A DNA stretch of 64,000 nucleotides from the NCBI GenBank assembly GCA_035602395.1, contig DATNMH010000005.1, positions 13,009 to 77,008 on the forward strand, in the 5' to 3' direction. Origin of the DNA: Candidatus Acidiferrum sp. Its GTDB lineage: Bacteria > Chloroflexota > Dormibacteria > CF-121. Under the pieces are notes generated by a model that searched no databases, was not told the DNA's origin, and saw nothing but the letters and a program-made list of their open reading frames with translations. The translations under genes were made by a program, and so were the position numbers. Positions 53,821 to 64,000 of the stretch are shown here, in pieces (the first letter of the stretch is position 1; every line of letters starts with the position of its first letter).

Positions 53821-54522
53821 ATGGCAGAGACGGCTCCCGAGGTGACGGCCTCCCGCAGCCCGCGGGTGCTCGTCGTCGACGACGAGCGCAGCATCGTGGA
53901 CTTCATCCGGCTGGGGCTGCAGTACGAAGGCTTCCAGGTGCAGACCGCACCGGATGGGCAGGCCGCGCTGCGCCTGATCAGCGAGTTCAAGCCGCACGTG
54001 GTGGTGCTGGACGTGATGATGCCCAAGCTTGACGGCCTGGCAGTCGCGGAGGCGATTCGCGGCAACAAGGACACCGGCGTCATCATCCTGTCGGCCCGCG
54101 ACGAGGTCGCCGACCGGATCAAGGGCCTCGAGGTCGGCGCCGACGATTACCTGGTCAAGCCGTTTGATTTCGGCGAGCTGCTGGCGCGGATCCGGGCTGT
54201 GATGCGCCGCCGAAATCCCAGCGCCGGCCCGCATCTCCAGGTGCAGGACCTCTCCATGGATGAAACGACGCGCGAGGTGCGCCGCGACGGCCGCAGCATC
54301 GAACTCTCGGCTCGGGAGTTCGACCTGCTCCGCCTGCTCATGATGCATCCCAACCAGGTGCTGGCCCGCGACCGCATTCTCGACCAGGTGTGGGGCTACA
54401 ACTTCTTCGGCGACGCCAACAACGTCGAGGTCTACATCCGGTACCTTCGCCAGAAGCTCGGTGACGAGCAGCACAAGTTGATCCAGACCGTCAGGGGCGT
54501 CGGCTACCGCATCAAGGCATGA
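53821..54522 (+). CDS. OmpR-family two-component response regulator
   Basis: Receiver (VLVVDDE...LDVMMPKLDG) plus winged-helix output domain (YIRYLRQKL, GVGYRI). Confidence 0.9.
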   Translation: MAETAPEVTASRSPRVLVVDDERSIVDFIRLGLQYEGFQVQTAPDGQAALRLISEFKPHVVVLDVMMPKLDGLAVAEAIRGNKDTGVIILSARDEVADRIKGLEVGADDYLVKPFDFGELLARIRAVMRRRNPSAGPHLQVQDLSMDETTREVRRDGRSIELSAREFDLLRLLMMHPNQVLARDRILDQVWGYNFFGDANNVEVYIRYLRQKLGDEQHKLIQTVRGVGYRIKA

Positions 54523-54556
54523 GCCGCCAGTCGCGCCGCGGCGGGCGCGGCTAGCC

Positions 54557-55999
54557 ATGGCCCGCTTCCGATCCTTGCGCTGGCGCCTGACGCTTCTGTA
54601 CCTCGGTTTGCTGGCGGTCCTGCTGCTCGTCGGAGGCGTCGCGCAGTACTTCGCCGCGCGCGAGGTCCTCTTTCGAAGCAACGCCGACGTGCTGGTCAGC
54701 GAGTACAACGCCGTGTTCACGGCCTTCAAGAAACAGAACGCCACTCGGCCCTCCACCGTCGTACGCGCCCTCATCCTGTCGCAAACGTTCAGCGACGAGC
54801 TTCGCTCTCGACGGACCTCGGCGGCCATCATCGGACCGAATGGCGGGTTGATCGCGTCCACGCCGGCGACCCTTGCCACCAGTCCTGACCTGCCGTCGCT
54901 AACGATCGAGGAGTACCGGACCGCCGCGCTGAGCAAGCCCAAGGCCTACTACATGGCAACCGCTGCCGACGGCTCGACCTCGCTCATCGTGCTCAACGTC
55001 ATCCGCAACGGCACCAAGGCGATCGCCCTGGCCCAGCTCTCGATCCCAACCGATGACATCGACCGCACCCTGAGCCTCGACCGCCAGGTCGCCGTCATCG
55101 GGTCGCTTTCGGTCTTGCTGGCGGCCCTGCTGTTGAGCCCACTAATCGTCGGCCGCGCGCTCCGTCCCCTCCAGCAGATGTCGGATACCGCGGGGAGGCT
55201 GGCAGCAGGTGATTACAAGCAGCGGGTCGCCGTGCCAAAGTCCAGCGATGAGATTGGCACGCTGGCCGTCGCCTTTAACCAGATGGCCGCGGGCATCGAC
55301 CAGGCCTTCGAGGTCCGGCGCCAGTCGGAGGAGCAGATGCGGCACTTTGTCGCGGACGCTTCGCACGAGTTACGCACGCCCCTGACGTCGATCGCCGGTT
55401 ATATCGATGTGCTGGGGCGTCGGGAGGTTGTCGACCCCGAAACGCTCCAGACTTCTCTCGCCGCCATGCAGCAGGAGAGCGCGCGGATGGCCCGGCTGGT
55501 GAACGACTTGCTGACGCTGACCCGCTTCGAATCGGGCCGGGCGCCCAACCGCCAGCCGGTTATGCTCGACCAGTTCGTCTCGCAGGCGCTCGACGAGCTG
55601 AGTCTGCGCGACAAGGGGGCGGTGGAATCGCGTGACTTGCGGCCCGGCGTCACGGTGCAGGCAGACCCCGAGGCGCTCAAGCAGGTGGTGACCAACCTGG
55701 CCCAGAACGCCTTGAAGTACGCGCCCGGCGCGGAGCAGCACTGGAGCGTGTTCCAGGCGGACGGGCGAGCCGCCATCCGGCTGCAGGACACCGGGCCTGG
55801 GATCTCTCGGCAGGACCTCCCACACATCTTCGAGCGCTTCTACCGCGGGGAGAAGGCACGCGACCGGTCGACCGGTGGATCGGGGCTGGGCCTGGCCATC
55901 GCTAAGTCGATCGTCGAGGCGCACCAGGGCTCGATCGAGGCGTCCAGCGAGCCGGGCCAGGGAGCCACCTTCACGGCGTGGCTGCCGCTGGCCGCTTAG
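54557..55999 (+). CDS. sensor histidine kinase (TM-HAMP-HisKA-HATPase_c)
   Basis: H-box ASHELRTPL and N/G-box GGSGLGLAI. Confidence 0.85.
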   Translation: MARFRSLRWRLTLLYLGLLAVLLLVGGVAQYFAAREVLFRSNADVLVSEYNAVFTAFKKQNATRPSTVVRALILSQTFSDELRSRRTSAAIIGPNGGLIASTPATLATSPDLPSLTIEEYRTAALSKPKAYYMATAADGSTSLIVLNVIRNGTKAIALAQLSIPTDDIDRTLSLDRQVAVIGSLSVLLAALLLSPLIVGRALRPLQQMSDTAGRLAAGDYKQRVAVPKSSDEIGTLAVAFNQMAAGIDQAFEVRRQSEEQMRHFVADASHELRTPLTSIAGYIDVLGRREVVDPETLQTSLAAMQQESARMARLVNDLLTLTRFESGRAPNRQPVMLDQFVSQALDELSLRDKGAVESRDLRPGVTVQADPEALKQVVTNLAQNALKYAPGAEQHWSVFQADGRAAIRLQDTGPGISRQDLPHIFERFYRGEKARDRSTGGSGLGLAIAKSIVEAHQGSIEASSEPGQGATFTAWLPLAA

Positions 56000-56463
56000 G
56001 GCTTCAGGCGGATGATCGCCGAGATCTCGACCGGGACGCCGAGCGGCAACTCGCTGGTTCCCAGCGCTTGCCGTGTGTGCCGCCCCCGTTCTCCAAACAC
56101 CTTGTAGATCAGGTCGGAGGCGCCGTTGAGGACCTTCGGCTGCTCTTCGAAGCCGGCGGCGGAGCGCACGAACCCGCTGAGCTGGATGAACTGCTCGACC
56201 CGGTCGAGCGACCCGGCATGCTGGCGAATCAGCGCCATGATGTTCAGGGCGCAGATCTCGGCGGCGCGCACCGCATCCTTGATGCTGACATCGGCCCCCA
56301 CGACGCCGCGGAACTGGACATCGCCGTTCCAGCTGGGGATGACGCCCGAGGTGTAAAGGAGCTCGCCAACCTGCTGAACGGGCACATAGGAGGCGAGCGC
56401 CTTGGGCGGCGCCGGCAATTCCAGCGCCAGCGTCTTCAGCGTCGCCTCGGCGGAGTCCATCAT
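55996..56463 (-). CDS. RidA/YjgF family reactive-intermediate deaminase
   Basis: Start at MMDSAEA (56463). YjgF fold with a conserved C-terminal PVEISAIIRL-like motif. Confidence 0.8.
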   Translation of the reverse strand: MMDSAEATLKTLALELPAPPKALASYVPVQQVGELLYTSGVIPSWNGDVQFRGVVGADVSIKDAVRAAEICALNIMALIRQHAGSLDRVEQFIQLSGFVRSAAGFEEQPKVLNGASDLIYKVFGERGRHTRQALGTSELPLGVPVEISAIIRLKP

Positions 56464-56620
56464 CGGGACTCGCCTCGACCGTGTCGTGAGCACGCGGGAT
56501 CGACCTCCTGAGCCCGCCTTCGACGGGCCGTAGACATGAGGGTAGCGGCGCACGTCGCCCACCGCCAGCCTGAACCGGTGAAGAGATGGTTAACGGGGAA
56601 GGCCCGCTTGTGACGCTGAG

Positions 56621-57904
56621 TCACGGCCGGTAAATGCGCTGGTCCTCGCGCCGCATCCGCCAGCGCCGGGCCAGGATCACGGCGCCGAGGGCGACCAGCA
56701 CGGCCAGGGCGACGGCATAGGTCGCGTAGGCCGGCGAGGCGGTGGAGCGACGAACTGGCGCCGGGGCCGGGGCGCTGGTGCGTGGCGTGGCGGAGGCCCT
56801 GCCGCTGGCGGAGGGCGCGGCCGTCGGTGTCACCCCGGCGACCGTGGCGGCGGGGTCCTCGATGCGAAATGCCGCGGCCGAGCCGTCGGTCGGGTTCCAG
56901 GTGGCCGCGACCACCTGGGCCGGGTTGAGCGGTTGGAGCGCCAGCGCCGTTACGCGCGGCTTCGCCGGGAGACCGGCGCCGAAGGTGCTCCAGCTGGCGC
57001 CGCGATCGAGTGACCGGAAAACGCCGCCATTGCCCTGGTCGCCGTCGCTGCCGACGTAGATCTGGTCAGGGTTGGCCGGATTGAAGAGGGCGATGTTGAA
57101 GTCCGTCGACGGCAGGCCCGCCAATGCATTCCAGGTCACGCCGCGATCGTCGCTTCGGAAGAGACCCTGCGAGGTGCCGGCGAGGACCGGCGGATCGGTG
57201 CCGCCTGACGGGGCCGACGCGATCGCCAGCGAGGGGACGACCGCGTCAGCGGGAAAGCTGCCTTTGACGACCGCCCAGCTGCCGGCCAGGCCCTCGCTTT
57301 TCAGCAAGAAGGCCGCGCCGACCGGGCCGTTGTCCACGCCGGCAAAGAGCGTAAAGCCGTTGGCGCTTGGGAGCACGCCGACAGCGGCGACCGACTCGGT
57401 GTCGAGCCCGAGGGCATGCCAGGAGCCGGCGCCGTCGCTGGAGTAATAGACACCCTGGGCAGTCCCGGCGACGACCAGGCCGGTGCCGAACGCGATCGAC
57501 CGCACGTCCATATTGTTGAGTCCCTGGCTCTGCGCCGTCCAGGTCTTCCCTTCGTCGAGAGACTTGTACAGACCGGCGGTCTGCGTGCCCGCGTACGCCG
57601 TGGCCGGCTGCTGCGGGTCGAAGCGCACCACCCACGCTCCATCGACGCCCGCGATCGCTGCTGTCCAGGTTGCGCCGGAGTCCATGCTACGCAGGACGCC
57701 GCGGCCCTGGGTTGCAGCAAGCAACACCGCGGGATGGGTCGGTGATGCGGCGATCGACCAGACGGGTCGATCCGGCGACCCGGACTGCTGGGCGCCGGTC
57801 GAAGTCCAACGCGCGTCCGCCGCGGAAACCGCGACAACGGTGGCGAGCAACCCGGCGGCCAGCGTGAAGGGCGTAAGCAGCAGAATGCGGCGCGACAATG
57901 TCAC
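56621..57904 (-). CDS. secreted BNR/Asp-box repeat beta-propeller protein (Ycf48-like) with C-terminal membrane anchor
   Basis: Signal peptide. At least 4 SxDxGxTW Asp-boxes (YKSLDEGKTW, FRSDDRGVTW, ...). Pro/Ala/Ser linker, then a TM helix. Confidence 0.7.
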   Translation of the reverse strand: MTLSRRILLLTPFTLAAGLLATVVAVSAADARWTSTGAQQSGSPDRPVWSIAASPTHPAVLLAATQGRGVLRSMDSGATWTAAIAGVDGAWVVRFDPQQPATAYAGTQTAGLYKSLDEGKTWTAQSQGLNNMDVRSIAFGTGLVVAGTAQGVYYSSDGAGSWHALGLDTESVAAVGVLPSANGFTLFAGVDNGPVGAAFLLKSEGLAGSWAVVKGSFPADAVVPSLAIASAPSGGTDPPVLAGTSQGLFRSDDRGVTWNALAGLPSTDFNIALFNPANPDQIYVGSDGDQGNGGVFRSLDRGASWSTFGAGLPAKPRVTALALQPLNPAQVVAATWNPTDGSAAAFRIEDPAATVAGVTPTAAPSASGRASATPRTSAPAPAPVRRSTASPAYATYAVALAVLVALGAVILARRWRMRREDQRIYRP

Positions 57905-58017
57905 GTGGGTGCCCGGAAAAACGGAGTAAGGATAGCAGACGTTCTTGGCAGGATCTTCAGCGCGACTTTGGACGCAGCGTCCAAGTCTGAGCCAAATTCG
58001 CCCGGAGCTCGACTACA

Positions 58018-63328
<5,311 letters not shown>

Positions 63329-63332
<4 letters not shown>

Positions 63333-63775
63333 GCGGAGGCGACCATCAACGGGATACGGGCCGTGACGTCACGGTGCAGTTTGACGTGCGCGGTGCCCGG
63401 CCCCATCGCCTTGACCGGCTGCTCGAACTCGATCTTGCGCCGGTCGAGGGTGATCCCATGTTGCTGCTTCAGCGCCGACGCAACGTCCGCGTTGGTCACG
63501 GCGCCGAACAGCTTCCCGTCCTTGCCACTTCGGAGTTTCAACACGACCTGCGCGGCTTCGAGCCGCACCGCTAACGCCCGCGCATCGGCCAACTCGCGCT
63601 CCTCGCGCTTGGTTTCGGTGGCCTTCTGGCGATCGACCTGTTCCTGGGCGCCGCGGGTCGCCTGCTGGGCCAGCTTTTGCGGGAGCAGGAAGTTGCGCGC
63701 ATAGCCGTCGGCGACGTCTTTCGTCTCGCCGGCTTTCCCGGTGCCTTTCACGTCCTGGAGTAAGACAACCTTCAT
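63329..63775 (-). CDS. rplI: 50S ribosomal protein L9
   Basis: [32 protein letters not shown] is the L9 N-domain signature. ATGA overlap with dnaB. Confidence 0.9.
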
Positions 63776-64000
63776 ATGGCATTCCTCCGGGCGCGGGCGA
63801 CCACGAGACGTCCACGCCCACGCAGATCGTTCAGTCGCGCCCGCAGGCCCTCGCGCCCGTTGCGCAGGTCCTGGTCGAAAACGCTCGTCCCGAGTGCAAT
63901 CTGTTCCTGGTGTTCGGCCACCACATCTTTCGGCGCCTTCTCGACGAACACCCGGATCGCCAGCACCGTCAGGGCCACCGCATCCATCTCGCCGAAGATC
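63772..64000 (-). CDS. hypothetical protein, C-terminal fragment (gene continues past window end)
   Basis: Open frame overlapping the rplI start by 4 nt. No recognisable motif in the 71 visible residues. Confidence 0.2.
   Translation of the reverse strand, partial: IFGEMDAVALTVLAIRVFVEKAPKDVVAEHQEQIALGTSVFDQDLRNGREGLRARLNDLRGRGRLVVARARRNAI

Overview
64-kb chromosomal window from a high-GC (about 68-70 %) bacterium, read from sequence alone. Gene content and organisation (tmk-darA, Ycf45-like R3H ATPase, PdxS/PdxT, PimA-like mannosyltransferase, DUF222-HNH, frequent GTG/TTG starts and ATGA/GTGA overlaps) point to a Terrabacteria lineage such as Chloroflexota or Actinomycetota; this is an inference only. 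Coding density is very high on both strands. Conserved housekeeping genes include holB, tmk, darA, pdxS/pdxT, a monofunctional transglycosylase, adk, lon, tldD/pmbA, ilvE, purA, an intein-containing dnaB and rplI. The most notable features are: (1) an ArsR-led, translationally coupled six-gene inositol-lipid operon (ino1, two HtrB/PatA-type acyltransferases, a PHP phosphoesterase, a PimA-like GT4 transferase and a CDP-alcohol phosphatidyltransferase), a complete phosphatidylinositol/acyl-PIM-type pathway with a candidate PIP phosphatase; (2) a selenoprotein SelD whose true N-terminus lies upstream of an in-frame TGA (Sec) followed by a SECIS-like hairpin; (3) three ECF sigma modules with three different anti-sigma architectures (DUF5667, Kelch beta-propeller, fused ZAS zinc finger); (4) a MoxR-DUF58-transglutaminase triad; (5) a GAF-GAF-adenylate cyclase next to the c-di-AMP receptor DarA and tmk; (6) a DUF222-HNH (REP13E12-like) gene behind an inverted-repeat promoter region; (7) a 429-aa LAGLIDADG intein at the classical DnaB RESG|S site; (8) a structured GC-rich intergenic repeat present twice, one copy carrying a 64-nt hairpin insertion and supplying the stop codon of a PAP2 gene; (9) a family-5 ABC substrate-binding protein whose lipoprotein signal peptide has no canonical start codon. 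No rRNA, tRNA or CRISPR arrays were seen.
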